Assembly: GCA_013239625.1 (NCBI GenBank)
Contig: MU053304.1
Location: 1,302,001-1,366,000 of the forward strand
DNA length: 64,000 bases
Direction of reading: 5' to 3'
From: Lama guanicoe
Taxonomy: Eukaryota
Shown here: in pieces, positions 1 to 13,799 of the stretch
Numbering within the stretch: position 1 is the stretch's first letter
How the letters are laid out: every line of letters starts with the position of its first letter
The notes under the pieces: generated by a model
Told to the model about the DNA's origin: nothing
The model's database searches: none
Seen by the model: the letters and a program-made list of their open reading frames with translations, nothing else
Made by a program: the position numbers and the translations under genes

Positions 1-66
1 CACCGCAAGTCACGGGAAGTTCAGGAAGTCGAAAATCCATATTTGCTTCTCTGGGAATCTTTGAAC
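1..66 (-). CDS. SP100: SP100 SAND domain first exon (truncated by window): GSKIPREANMDFRLPELPVTCG
   Basis: cttccttgcag|GT acceptor; ELPVTCG SAND motif. Confidence 0.94.
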
Positions 67-1300
67 CTGCAAGGAAGTATTATTATTATTTTTTCATTTC
101 ACCTCCCTCTCTAATTATGCACTGTCTCTCCTCACCCATCTTGAGACCGTTCTTTATAACTGAACTATAACTTAATTCAACTTAAACATTTCTAGGTCTT
201 TCTTTTAAGGCAGATTAGAAACATAAAGATAATGTCATCCTCCACTCCCAATGTCTAAAATTCTGCATACAGACTTCATGTGTAAGGGTCTGAATTCCAT
301 AGCTTGCTGGCTACAACTACCTGTTGCAGGAAAATTTTCCTTCTGTTGTTCTGAAGGAAGATTTCTAGTCATATTATTGCTTTGAAGTTACGGAGACGGA
401 GAAGAAAGACTTCAACTTTTAATTTTTTTCTCCCCATTTGAGGCCTCAAATGGGGAAACAAAGCAGGGTGACAACGGGGCCCCTAGAAGGGCCGGTGTCT
501 GTCCTCTCACCTTGCTCTCTGCTTTGTTTCACTTCTCCCTCATGTGAGCCACCTCAGGGTGGGTGCTCTAGGAGACACTGCAAGTTGCTCAGGGAGAGGG
601 CCTCGGCACATCCTTGGGCGAGGGTGCTGGGGTCTGAATCCTCTGAAGCAGGTGTGGAAAGTCTTAGAAAGAACTTCAGTAGAAGGAACACCTACTCTTG
701 CCCTTGTAGCCCACCTTGAGGGGGATCCATTAAAGACATATGCTTGGGTTTCTCTCTGGAGGAGAAGGGTAGGTTGTCCAGAGTCCTTCCAGAGTTAATT
801 CTACAAGAGCTGTGGTGGACGTAGGAGGCCACTCAGTCTAACTCACCTGCCACCCACTCATTTATTGGAGGAAGTGGAAGCAAAAAAGAATGGCGAGCCG
901 AAGTCACACAATCAAAGGAAGTTTAAGAATTAGGACACAGGTCTTGTATTACCACCCAGGGTCCCCCTTGGTGGGCAGTCTGTGGCTCTCTATGTGGGCA
1001 AGAGAAGGGTCAGATAAACAGCATGTGAGTCATACCCTTTATATATTTTTCTTTCTATTTCCCCCCTCAAAAGTTATCAGTGCAATGAGGGGAGCCCTGG
1101 GGTCTCTCACAGACCAACTGGCTAATCAGTGGATCACCATCCTTTCATGTTGTGGAAATTAACCAAGGCCAATGAACATCCTAACATTTCTTATCGATTC
1201 TATAAACCGATTAAGAAAATTGATTGATTACTTAAACCACAGTATAAAATCAAAGTTTAGATATTTAATTATTAAAAGTGAACTAATCATTTATTTTTAC

Positions 1301-1348
1301 CTCTTCTTCTGCCTCTTTTCAGAGGCCCAGAGTTGACGGTTTTTCTCC
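1301..1348 (-). CDS. SP100: SP100 basic exon: GRKTVNSGPLKRGRRR
   Basis: ctactttcttag|GG ... GAG|gtaaaa, 48 nt; matches human GRKANTRPLKRRRKR. Confidence 0.9.
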
Positions 1349-1489
1349 CTAAGAAAGTAGAAAAATAACACAAATGTCTCTTATTTATAACATTGCATTG
1401 CAAACAGCAGTGTTTTCCCAAAAACACTGTTCAAATGTAACTTTTTAGGAGCCTATCTAGCATATAAGGAAAAATAACAAATGCCTATA

Positions 1490-1711
1490 TCAGGAGTTAG
1501 GGACTTTTCCTGTAAAGGGCCAGATAGTAAATATTTAAGGTGTTGCAGTCCATAATCTCTCTTGTGACTAACTCTGCTGTTTTATTGTGAAAGCATTCAT
1601 AGATAATACATAAATGAAAAGATGTGGCTGTGGCTGTGTTCTGATAAACTTTATTTACAAAACAGTTTATGGGTTGAATTTGTCCTGTGGACTATAATTT
1701 GTGGAACCCTG
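1490..1711. mobile_element. MER58A-like hAT-Charlie non-autonomous DNA transposon
   Basis: cagg...tgtaaagggccagatagtaaatattt...gtggctgtgttctgataaactttatttacaaaa...cccctg-like end. Confidence 0.8.
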
Positions 1712-4700
1712 GCCTAGACTTAGTTATAAAGACGATGCTTAACTGAGATTTATCTTAGATTTCTTTTGCTAATATCTTCAAATCATTCCAAATAAAATTC
1801 AAAACATGTTTTATGTATTTCCCAAGCAACAGAGCAACAGAATGAGAAAAGTAATGAAGTTGGACATCTGTTGAGTGCTTATTGTGTGCCAGGAACCATC
1901 TTTAAACGTTTAATTTCCTTGATAAATTTACTTCATACTTAGAGCAAATTTATCAAATAAACTAATAATATCCTCATTTTGCAAATGAGGAAATTGTTAT
2001 GTAGAGGTAAAAGTACAAATTAAATAAAAATATTGAAGATTTTCTTTGATAAAGAGACAGTGATAAAAGGCAGCAATATTAACTCTCAAGGGAGACCTCA
2101 TGCTGGACTCTATAGGTCAAAGAGCTGCCATAAACCCTAACTTGAAAGAAGATTTTTGTACCAAAAATGGTAGCAAAAATGACTAAGGACTTAAAAACTA
2201 GCCCAATGATCCAATGAAAGAGAACTTATAAAATTCATACTCAAGTTCTAAAAGTTGTAGGGTTAGAGACAGCGCAAAGGAGTGACTTAAGAGATGTCTC
2301 GGAAGAAAGTAGTACCTGATTTAAGTATTGATTGTGTCCAAAAAAAGTCATATCCACTTGCATGTTTAGGTCTGCCATTATTCAAATTTATTTGAATGGT
2401 GAAGTCAGGGACACACAGTGGGTGTTTTCTTGCTAAAGGTCTGTGCCCATAATTCTGTGCCCATGGCTGGAATCCTGGAGTGCTAATTTGGATAATACGG
2501 GTCGTAGAAGAAAATATCCTCTAGATACTCAATCATAACTAATCTTTCCTTTAAGCAGATTATGACCAGTTGAGTCTGGAAAGGAATCTTTTCTTCAAAC
2601 AATAATAAAAAGCCTTCAGATTGATGATGTTATCTCATATTCTGGGGCTTTGCCATAAAAATTACTCAAGTTTTCCAAAAAATCTCATCAAAATAAAAAT
2701 GGCCCCATGAGACATTTGCTGATGGCTCCCTTCCCAAGAGAAATCACATCCCAAGATCAAGCAGGTTCTACCTTACAAGATGTTACCTTTAGGAAATTTA
2801 TCAAGGTATTATGGAGGGACACTGAGAGGAGAGATAGCTGAACCTGCTTAGAAGAATCATAAGCATGGCTGTGATCCTGAAGAGCTAAGAGAAATAAGTA
2901 AAATGGAGAAAATATAGATAAAGCTTTTTAAAAAATTGCTCTAGATTGATTGGTTTCAAAGAATGTGATTGTGCAAAATATGACAGTCAGTACAGCTGCC
3001 AGGCATAAAAGGTTATCCACACAGATGTGGTTCCCTGTGGAATAGTCCTCTTCTGTCACTAATGATGCCAAAGTGGCAGGTGTACCCAGGAAAAATGGCC
3101 ACTTCTGACTCTCTGTCTGTCTCTCTCTTTTCCTGCAAGAATCAAGGCCAACTGTCCCACGAGAAGACACTTGAGTTCTCTTGGCTTTCTCCTTCCTCTC
3201 CTTTCCCAAAAAGACCCCAGCTCTGGCTATAAGCTGAGTATGTTTAACAGTAGCCATTACTGGCAAACATATATTCTCTTGCTCTTAGTTTCTCTCTGTG
3301 AAATCTTTCTGGGACTGTTGAGTGAGCTAGACTTCCCTTTCATTGAAGCCTGTTGAGGACAAATAACTACAGTGTTTGTTTCTGCGCTAGCCAGCACCTT
3401 TTCGTTATCTTATATCCAGGAAGTAAAAAAATGCCTGGATAAAGTAGGATTTAACTATTCTTGGTTCTACCATATTAATAACTACCTACTATTACTAAAA
3501 CCTTACATTAACTCTTACAAGTAATAATATGGTCAGAAAAATTAAAACTCATTTAAAAATAATTTTCTCAAGAGTTGGAGAGAACCATCAGACATCTGCC
3601 TTGAAGCCAAGAGAAAATATGTTGAAAAATCCACATAGGAGATAGATCTCAGTCTTTGGGAATGTCAGGGAAGGAGAGACTATCAGACTTATCTTTAGAA
3701 GCATAAAGGTGAAGGTCATGGCTAGAGTGTTCTGTGAGGGGAGAGGGGCTGAGCCAGGAGCCAGCAAGGGAATCAGCGAAGAAGCGTGATTCCCATGGCT
3801 TGGTGGAGGGCCCTGTGGATGGGAGTTGAGCTGGGTGTTCTTGGTACTCTTTCCAAAAGAACCACATAGAGCAATGAGGTAACTGCAGTGGGGTGCTAAG
3901 CTTCCAGAAGGACCATCCAATGCCTAAATTCCCAAGCAAGTTGGCCACCACTCACTACTGAGTGGTGGTAAAACATATTGCTTCTGCTGTGCCAGCGAGA
4001 AATTTCTAGCCAATTTTTTTTTCTAGAGAAAGAGTTTTAGACTGTAATTTGTCTATAATTTGTCAAATCTGTAGATTTGATTTAGGGACTGGCTGAGCAG
4101 TGAGCAGGATCACAATACGGCAGCTTAGCAGGAGATGGTGTTGTCTTAACTGCTTGGCTCACTTCTCCATCACAGTAGCTTTCTCCTGGTTGGAAGGGAA
4201 GCTCAGTGGAGTTCTATGGTCATCTGAAAATTGCTCAGGGAGGAAGGAAGCTTTGCCTCATAAAAACTCTACATGATGTAGTGTCATTGTGTGTGGGGGG
4301 GACTGAGAATTTGACTCCATAGAAACAGATGCAAAGGTTTTAAGATTAACTTCACAATAATTAGCTGCTGTTCCTCCCCTTCCAATTCAGCGATGTTGGG
4401 AATCCATTAAAGACACTTGGGCTGCTGGTTGGCCATGCAGATGAAAGAGCTGTCCATGGTCCTTCCTGAGTCCATTGGTAGAACCATAGGAAGTGAAGCT
4501 GGGATGGGCCTTGGTTAATCTCTCTATTATTATGTATTATCTCACTTTATTTCACTTTACAGAGAGTAAACTGAGGCAGAAGAGTCAAGGTGACAGACCC
4601 AAGTCCACATACCTCAGGGTGGTAGGAAATGAGGAAGGACAGCTGCATCACTTGTAAGTTCCACAGTGTTTCATGGCTACAACTATTTCCAGCCTTGAAA

Positions 4701-4945
4701 GTTATCAGTTCAGCAAAGGCAGAACTGCTATAAGCCTCAGGTCCTGGGTTCTGGCTGCAGACTCATCACCATATTACTTGCCTGTGATATAATCTTTCTT
4801 TCCCCGTCATATTTTAGAAGCTGACTAAATCTTATTTCTCAATAGTTAGTAGCTATATGAAGCAATTAGAGAAATAAGTTTGTTACTAAAAGCATAGAAA
4901 AAAGCATGAGAATTTAGATGTTCAGCTACTGAAATTTTATTAAAT

Positions 4946-4947
4946 AT

Positions 4948-4978
<31 letters not shown>

Positions 4979-4980
4979 TT
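4946..4980. repeat. (TTTA)n microsatellite abutting the donor of exon 4983-5054
   Basis: attt repeats run directly up to the GT (ac at 4981-4982). Confidence 0.9.
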
Positions 4981-4982
4981 AC

Positions 4983-5054
4983 CTCTTGGTTTGCCTCTTT
5001 TCTTTGGGGCTCTGTTACTCAGAGTTTGGACTCTACGTCTGCCTCTCTTTCTCA
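4983..5054 (-). CDS. SP100: SP100 basic exon: xRKRGRRRVQTLSNRAPKKRGKPR
   Basis: poly-T cag|TG ... GAG|gtaata, 72 nt; resembles human GRKKDRPRKHLTLNNKVQKKRWQQR. Confidence 0.88.
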
Positions 5055-5819
5055 CTGAAAAAAAAAAAGAAAAATATAAAACAGATGCTGCTGAAAAGCT
5101 GCACTGCATGTAATAGTGCTTTTCAAAAATTCCATTTTACTATATATTTTTAAGAGACTGCTGCATAAAGAAAAATATATAACCCATAGCCTTGAATTTG
5201 CCAAGCCATTGATGGTTAATCTGGGTTCATCCTAGACTTCATTTTATTTACCCTTATATTAATCCAAATTCATTTATATCCACATTAATAAAAAAAGAAT
5301 TTAAGACAGAGTTCTATTTCTTATATCTCAAGGAACACTGTGAGAATAATAGTAATGAGAGGTAACAGTTGCTAAGTGCTTATTATATGCTAGACATGAA
5401 TATAAGACCCTTACATCTACTAATTTATTTTTAGGGACTTTTACTACCCCCATTACCAATGAAGAAACTGAAGCATCTAGAAATTTAAAAATTAAGTGAA
5501 GTAATGCAGATTTCCTTTGGTTAAGAGGCAAAATCAATGGAAACAATGTGAGGATTTGGATTGTCAAGGAAGATGAGATGGTGAACTACACGGATGAAAC
5601 ATTAGCCATTATCTTAGCCCTGAATGAAGGCTTTTGGGCTGAAAATATCATGGAAGTGACCAAAGACCTTGTTCACATGGGTTTGGACAGAAAAAAAATG
5701 GGATTTAAAAAACTAACCAAGAGAATATTGCTCAAAGAGAATTAGTAGAAATAGAGGTTCAAGTCCTAGAAAGCCTTAGGGTTAGAGATATCAAAGAAGG
5801 ATTGACTGAAACCTTATCT

Positions 5820-6094
5820 CAGCAGGCTCACAGACATAGTAAACAAACACGGTTACCGGGGAGAAAGAGAGATAGGAAGGGATAAATCGTGAGTTTGAAA
5901 TTGCAACTATTAACTACTATATATAAAATAGATAAACAAGTATAGCACAGGGCACTATATTCAATATCTTGTAGTAACCTATAATGAAAAGGATTACTAA
6001 AAGTACATATACAAGTATATGTATGACTGAAACATTACGGTGTACATGAGAAGTTGACGCACTGTAAATGGACTATATTTCAATAAAAAAAAGA
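5820..6094 (+). mobile_element. LINE-1 3' end, 5'-truncated
   Basis: ctcacagacatag...tatagcacagggcactatattcaatatcttgtagtaacc...aataaa + A tail; TSD gaaac(c/t)ttatct. Confidence 0.85.
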
Positions 6095-6239
6095 GAAACT
6101 TTATCTTGGGAGAATATACTCCCAGGTTAAGCAGGTGGCGGGTTTGGGTGGAAAGATGGTGAGGCTTGTACAGGTGAATCTTCTGAACACCATGTTCAAA
6201 TATGTTGAAATCCAAAGTAGGGCCATGAAGTGTGCACCC

Positions 6240-6403
6240 TTTCTTTCTTTTTCCTTTCCCTTCCCTTCCCTTCCCTTCCCTCTCCTCTCCTCTCCCTTCT
6301 TTCTTTCCTTTCTTCCTTCCTCCCTCCCCCCCTCTCTTTTTCTTCTTTCTTTCTCTCTTTATTTCTTTTTCTTTTCTTTTCTTTTCTTTGTCTTTTCTTG
6401 TTT

Positions 6404-6439
<36 letters not shown>

Positions 6440-6546
6440 TCATCTCTCTCTCTCTTTTTCTTCTTTCTTTCTCTCTCTTTATTTCTTTTTCTTTTCTTTT
6501 CTTTTCTTTTCTTTTCTTTTCTTTGTCTTTTCTTGTTTTCTTGTTT

Positions 6547-6597
<51 letters not shown>

Positions 6598-6645
6598 CTC
6601 TTTCTCTCTTTCTCTCTTTCTTTCTTTCTTTCTCTCTCCTTTCTT
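6240..6645. repeat. Compound polypyrimidine microsatellite (CTTT/CTTCC/CT)n
   Basis: About 400 bp almost pure C/T on the + strand; source of the spurious F/L/S and K/E/R ORFs. Confidence 0.97.
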
Positions 6646-7875
6646 CAGTTCGATGGATAGACTACAGTTTGGGCTTGTTCAGCCATAGGTATCTTAGGAA
6701 AACACATTTTCCTCTTCTGTATTTATCTGGTTCTATCTGATTCACCTTTCATCAAACCTGTTGAGGCCAAATACATTAAAGAAATAAAAGTAGTCTGGTT
6801 CAGTTTACCAGAGTTCTTTGAGATTTAAGACCTGCTAATAACTGGTTTTTGTGAATTTTCTCACTCAAATACCCCACAGGAAGTAGAGCAGCTGTTCTTG
6901 AGTTTCCTGTCCAAATACTATCCATTGACATCAGATACTTGCTATAGGATTTAAGTGCTCCCTGCTCCTCAAGGCAAGCGAGAAGGCTTCAGTCTCCAGG
7001 TAATTGATCTGTGTCTCCAGGATTTTGAAGGAGGCAGAGAAGTTTAAAGACTCAAACTGGAAAAGTCTAGAGAGGGTGACCACATTGGGAGCCAGCTACA
7101 CCTCCACTGACATTAGGACCATGAAGAGGCATGCTTCTCAAGAGCCTCCCTGGGAAAGGGAGGAGTTCAGTTAGTTGTTGAGAGATATTCTGTCCAGGAG
7201 GATTATTTGGATGAAAGAGGTGACCTCAGGTTGGGTGTGGGCATCCTAGAAGCTGGGAGACTGAGAAGGAAGTGGTAAGCAGTCAGTTGAACTTTCTGCA
7301 TTAGGGGAACTTGAGTTGAGAGTTTGTCTCTAAAGAGGGGAGTCTTTGAAGACCCCACAAATGTGGCTCATGCATCCACCATATCTGGGAGATATGAAAG
7401 ATCTATTGTGAGAGGACAGTTCTTTCTCCTTACCACTTCCTTCTCTCTCTCCTTCCCAAACTTGAACTATCTAAAAGTAACAGGTACTGAATGGTGTTAG
7501 AGAGGAAGTGTGAATAAGAGAAGAGGCTGGCCTTACCCTTTGCAGTTTTAATATTATATCAGCTCAGTCTTTCTAATATTGAATGAGAATGTCACTGCTG
7601 TTGAAAGGGACTAGCACAACTCTGGGGTTTATCTAAGACTTCATCCTGGGGCATGTAAAGAGCTATTTGAGGGAAAAAAAGTTTGATGAGGAAGTAAGTA
7701 GGAGAAGGAACAAATGTGATTTGTACTTAGACTGTTCATTCCAACTATTATAATAGATCAAGTATGGCACAAAAGTTCAGAGGACAGAAGTCTTAGACCT
7801 GAGTAAGTGTAATCTGGGAAATAACCAAGATGATAAAGATAAGTATAGAGAAAAATGATAGAGATGCTAGAAACA

Positions 7876-7910
7876 TATGTATATATTTATATTTAAATAT
7901 GTGTATATAT

Positions 7911-7956
<46 letters not shown>
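7876..7956. repeat. (TG)n(TA)n microsatellite
   Basis: gtgtgtgtgtgtatatatata... Confidence 0.9.
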
Positions 7957-7957
<1 letters not shown>

Positions 7958-10738
7958 TTAGAAATAATCAGAAGAAGGAAAGGAAACAAAATATATCCAA
8001 ATATGTTTTAACTCCAGAAGAAAAAGCTTGCCGTATTGACAGTGCCATATAAATGCAACAGCAGCATTTTCTATAATATGATGTTAAAGGATGAACAAAG
8101 AAATAAAGAATACAAGAGAAACATAAGTAGAATGAGAGAGGGAAGGAAAAAAGAAGAGAGACAAAGAAGAGGGAAAAAATGAGGAATGGGATAGAAATAA
8201 AAATTACAGAACTGGATGCCAAGAATGGAGTGTCACTTATCTTTTTCATCTTCTGCTGCACCAAGTCAGTGTGCTGTGCACTCTGAGTTTGGTTTAAATA
8301 ACTGAGTGTTTATCAGGCTTAGATCTGAGGTTATAGCCAGAGTTTGGCTTCTGCTTAATTGCTTCAAGTTCTTTCTTGTCCGTCTCTCCTTATTCTGTTG
8401 AGAGCTGTGTTCGTTAATTACAATAAACTTTTCTAATGCATTCTTCCTCCTCTCCTACTCTGGGCTGGCTTGTCTCTGCCATAAAGCTCTGTGCTGCATC
8501 CAGGTTCCAGCTCTTTTATTGCCAAAGGGTCTCAGGTGACAATGGAGTCAGGTTTGAACCAATGGAGAGTATCAATTTTCCTCTTTATTTGAGGAAATCA
8601 GTGACTTTGGATGAAAAAGGGGAGGGCAAACAGGTAGATTGCTATTTGTTGCCCACAATCATTCTCCCTTTCTTCCATTGGAATAGAGTTACAGCTGGAC
8701 CCATGGCTGCTTGTTTAGAGATTATAATTCTCAGCCTCTCCTGATGCTAGCTCTGGCCGTGTGACTAAGTGTTGACCAATGGGATGTGAGCAGAAGACTT
8801 TAGGTTTTTCCATTAAGAGAAACAGGTGGCTGATTTCCCTGTCAATGAAAGACAGTAAAATTATTTGAGTTCTTGAAGAAGAAAATCAAAATAATAGAAG
8901 AAATACTTGAACATAAATTCAAGAAAAAAACTTTTTGAAATTACAACAGAAAATAGAATATACATATCATATGGACATATATTTTCACCCTGTAGCAGAG
9001 AAATTGACTTCAAACAGTCAACCCTGAAATATATTCCAGCAAGCTTAGTGAGCTTTAAAGATTAAGAAATAATTGAATGGACAGCCTGGGCAAAAATATC
9101 AAGTCATTTTCAAGGGAGAGGGTCTCATTGGCTATAGAATTTTCCACAGCAACCTTTAATGCCACAAGAAAGTGGGAAAAAACCTACAAGATAGTTCTAG
9201 AAATAGAGTAAGCAAATTATTTTTTATGTATAAATAATGAAACCAAATATTTTTGAATAGAAAAATTCTAGAAATATTGTTCCTTTGAGTCCTTAATGAG
9301 AAAACTACCAGAGGATCCACTTCAGCAAACCAAGACAGGACTGGAAAAATTTTAGCAAAAGGATTAAAATAAAAGTGTAAATGAGGTGACAGTTCAGAAT
9401 GATAAGCACATATGCCCTGACAATATAGAAATGATATAATAACAAAAAAATTGGGGGGAAGGGAGAAATATGGGTGGTAGAGCAAGGTCATGGTTTGTTT
9501 TACAGCTAGGAGTCAAAGGGTATTATTTGGATAAATCAAGGATATATCTAAAGCACAATAAATAGCCGAGAGGCAAACATAAGGGGAACATCATGGCCTA
9601 AACTAGGTGGGAGAGAAAAGAGACTGGACGGAGAAAAAAGATAGATGTTAATTTCATAAATTTCCTGGGTGAAAAATTAATAGGTCTGTCTAAAGAGAGG
9701 ACCGAAGGTATCATATAAAGGTAGTTCTAAGAGTAATCACTATGACAAAAGTACAAATCTTTGTAAATATCAGAAGTGTATATTCCTAACCTGTGGAAAT
9801 ATGGGAAATGAGCAGAGGCACAATCATTCATTTCTTTCAAGGGAAAGACTCAGAAGTGGCTCATGTTTCTTCTGCTCAGATGCCATTGGCCAGAGCTTAA
9901 GTCATGTGACAGGGCCTGCATGGAAGGTTGAGGGGGTTGGTCTCAGGTAACCAGCCACGTGCCCAGCTATAACCACTACAACAGAGACGCAAGCCTTCCG
10001 AAGTATCCCAAGTACACACATGCACATAAATGCTTTGAAGACAGAATGTAGAATGTTGACATTTTTATTATCCAAGACCCTAGGACATATAATATAAATT
10101 AATATAACAAAAACAAGATCAAACATTTCAGTCCTATCAATAAAAGCAAATAGGCTTAACACATTTAAATAAAATATTTTGAGATTGAATTACAAAATAA
10201 ACCCCAAGTTTCAATCATATACAAAAGACTCAAGTAAAAAAATATATATTTAAATGCTGAAAATAAATGTATAGGCAAAGGTATGTGCAGCATACATCAA
10301 CAAAAAGAAACCAGGGATTCATGATCTGAATATTAGAAAAGAAGTATAATTCAGGTCAAAAAGTTTTAAGCAAGTAGAAATTACAAGAGATAGAATGAGA
10401 AACATATAGAAAAACACTACTAGAAGACAATTTTATTTTTATATCCTTCAGTCCACAAGAGATCAAGTGGACAAAATGAGGAGACTATGAAAGACCCAAA
10501 TAATACATTTTAACAAGGTTGATATGATTGATGCATACTCAACTCCATACCCAGAAAGCAGAAATACAGAATTTTCTCCCACCCTCTCTTAAACAACTCT
10601 TGAGTCAAAAAGTAAATACAAATCCACATTGCAGACTATCTAGCAAACAACAGCAATAAAATGTTGCCAATGCAAACTTTTGTATTATTTAATTAAAAAT
10701 CCCACTAATTCTAGAAAGATTGAAAATATGTATATATA

Positions 10739-11380
10739 CAGCCAATCTTCATTATTCAAAGATTCCATATTTGCAAATTCTGTTCACTCGTTAAAATTTA
10801 TTTGTAACCTCCAAATCAATAGTCATGGCATTTTTATGATCATGACACATTCATAGATGTACAGAAGAGTGAAAAATTTGAGTTGCCTGATGCAGATGTC
10901 CCAAGCTGAGGCTGAACAAGGTAATACTCTGCCTCATTGTTTCAGCTCATTCTGTAAACAAGTGTCCTTTTGCCATCTATTTAGTGCCATGTTTTTCTAA
11001 TTTTTGTGCTTTTTTGTTGGTGATTTTGCTGTTTAAAATAGCCCCCAAATCTAGTGTCGAAGTGCTATCTAGTGTTCTTAGACTGAGATGTAGCTTATGG
11101 AGAAAATACGTATATTAGATAACCTTCATTCAGGTGTGAGTTATAATGCCTTTGGATGAGAGTTCAACCTTAATAAGTTATATATTAAACAAGGTGTCTT
11201 TAAATAGAGACACTTATAAAACAAAGGTATATATTTATTGGTTAACAAAAATATTGTGACCAGAGGCTCACAGGAACAAAACCCTGTATTTTCTCTGGGA
11301 GCAATGACTCAATATTAGCTAATTTTGTGTTTGGAGTGACTTTATAGAACCTAAATCCCATGAATAATGAGAATTGGCTG
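10739..11380. mobile_element. MER82-like TcMar-Tigger DNA transposon
   Basis: TIRs cagccaatcttcattattca / tgaataatgagaattggctg with TA target sites; about 640 bp. Confidence 0.8.
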
Positions 11381-12199
11381 TATACGTTTACACAGAGACA
11401 CTTACAATGTATTTTCAGAATCCATTCACTTTTCCACTATTTTTTATTTCAGTTATATTTTTCAGTCTCAGAATTTCTATTTGGTTCTTTTAAAAGTAAT
11501 TTCTACTTCTTTATTGATATTTGCTGTTTAGTGAGAAATCATTTTCTTTTCTTCTTTACACTGGCTTACATTAGTTCACTGAACATATTTAAACAGCTGG
11601 TTTAAAGTCTTTGTTTAGTAATTCAAGTATCTGGCCTTCCTTAGAGATAGTTTCTACTTTTCCTGCGTATGGGCCACACTTCGTTGTTTCTTTGCATGTC
11701 AAATAATTTTTTTTTAAAAGATCGACATTTTAAATATATAAGGTGGTAACTCTGAAAATCAGACATCCCTATTTCCCCAAAGTTTGTTATTATTGCTACT
11801 TGTGGTTGTTAGTATTGATTTTTGTTGTTTATTTAGTGCTTTAAAAAAAAATCAATTCTGTGTTTTTTTCCATGCAGCCACTGAAGTCTTTGCTGTTAGT
11901 TTAGTGGCCAGCTAATGACTAGAAAGAGATTTCCTTAAATATCTGGAACTGATAAGTCTCCTAGTATTTGCCAAGGGGTTCTGTGCATGTGTTGGTGCAT
12001 GGCTTCAACACACAGCCAGCCAGTTTACAACTCCACCTTACCTCTCACTTCCTGCTTGCACATAGCCTCAAGGTTACCCAGAGGTGAGAGTTCAGGGCTT
12101 TCTTAAGTCTTTTCTGAGTGTGTGCACAGTCCTGGCTATGTGTACTTCCCTAGAAATGTGTGTGGCCTTCTAGATAGCCAGGAACATGTTAGAGTTTTA

Positions 12200-12510
12200 G
12201 ACATATAATATATACATATGTATGTATATATTATGTAAAATATTTTATTTAATATATTCGTTTATGTAAACATATTTGTGTATTATATGATTTTTACATA
12301 ATTTACTTATTTATATGTATTTTGTATTTTAACATATCTTATTTACAACTTATTTTATGTATTTATTTTATACATTATACCTATATGAATATATTTCTAT
12401 ATTATATATTTTGTATAATATGTAATTATATATGTATAAATAAAATATTTAAATATATATTTATATATGTTGCAGTGTTATATACGTATGTGTACGTGTG
12501 TGTGTGTGTT
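12200..12510. repeat. AT-rich low-complexity (TA)-derived tract ending in (TG)n
   Basis: Degenerate TA repeats. Confidence 0.85.
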
Positions 12511-12511
12511 T

Positions 12512-13180
12512 TCAGAATTCACCCGTTTTTGAACTCCTCCAATGCCCCTGGTTAGTCCAATCCACTGTCACACTTGTCTAGACCATTATAATAGCATCCT
12601 TACTGGTCTCTTATTCTAGCCTCCTAAAGTATATTCTCCATATAGACTCCAGAGAAATCTTTCAAAAATATAATACAGATCATATTATTCTCCAGATCAA
12701 AACTCTTCAATGTCTTCTCTTACTAAGACAAGAATCCAAAGTCATTACTGTAACCTATGAGGTCTACATGCCCCTGACAAACCACTCCCACTCTTTAACC
12801 TCTACTTCCCCAGCCAGTGGCCACCTTGCCATTCTCCAAAAGGACATGCATGTTTTGTCTCAGCCTTTGCACTAAGGTCTTCTCAGCCTCAGCTCTGTGG
12901 CTTTGTCCCTCATGTATTTGGATATGTACTTATATGTTGGTTTGCCAGTGAGGGTCTCTCTGGAAACCCTAAGTAAAATGGCCTGTTTCTGTCACTCTAT
13001 ACCTCCATTACTCTTTATTTTTCTTTACAGTATTATCACCATCTAAAATGTTGCATATTTATTTGTGTATTATCTATATACCCTCCACTAGAAGGTAAGC
13101 TCAATGAGATTTTGTTCATTTATTTATCCCTACTAAGCAGCTTTGGCAATTAACATTTGGAATAAAAGAATGAATAATCT
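12512..13180 (+). mobile_element. L2 LINE fragment (3' part)
   Basis: cttactggtctc...tattctccatatag...ctagaaggtaagctcaatgag...gaatgaat tail; boundaries approximate. Confidence 0.7.
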
Positions 13181-13799
13181 AAAAAGAAAACAATAAATAA
13201 TGCATGCCATATGTGACATCACACATTATTGGAGAAGCTAGGAAAATTGGTTATCCATGTTGAAAAAATTTAGACCCCTACCTCATATCACCAAAAAAAT
13301 GAACTTCAAAAGATTAAAGATCTAGATGAGAAAAGAAATAAGGGTGTCTGAGCCGGTTTCTCTAAAAATTAAGTGTCTATATTCAGAAAGTTTATTTTTG
13401 AAACCATCCCAAGGATCACGAGTGGAGTACTGGGAAGAGGGAAAGAGGAGGAGAGAAAGCCAATTGTGTTGGTTGCCACTGTGCTCATCTGAACCTCCAT
13501 CCTGCTGAGAATCCTTTGAAAAGCTATAAAGAGTAATCCTCAAACTATTCATCTTAGAAATGGAAGAAAGAGTATTTACTCATTGGCTCCTGGTCATCCA
13601 TTGCTCAAGATATCCAATAAGATAGGAAAGATATGGAAAGATAACCTGAAAAGTAGTCTCAGATTAGGTCAAGATTTCTTAAACAAGAATTGAAAAGCAT
13701 AATTATAAAGGATTGTATAGACAAATTAGATGACACAAAGATAAATCAGTAGGTACATAAGAAACATAATAAATCAGGCGAAAAGACAAGTCACAGGTT

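Noticed and set aside
5997..6740. Long ORFs (142-201 aa) on both strands
   Set aside because: Translations of the CT-rich microsatellite; low complexity
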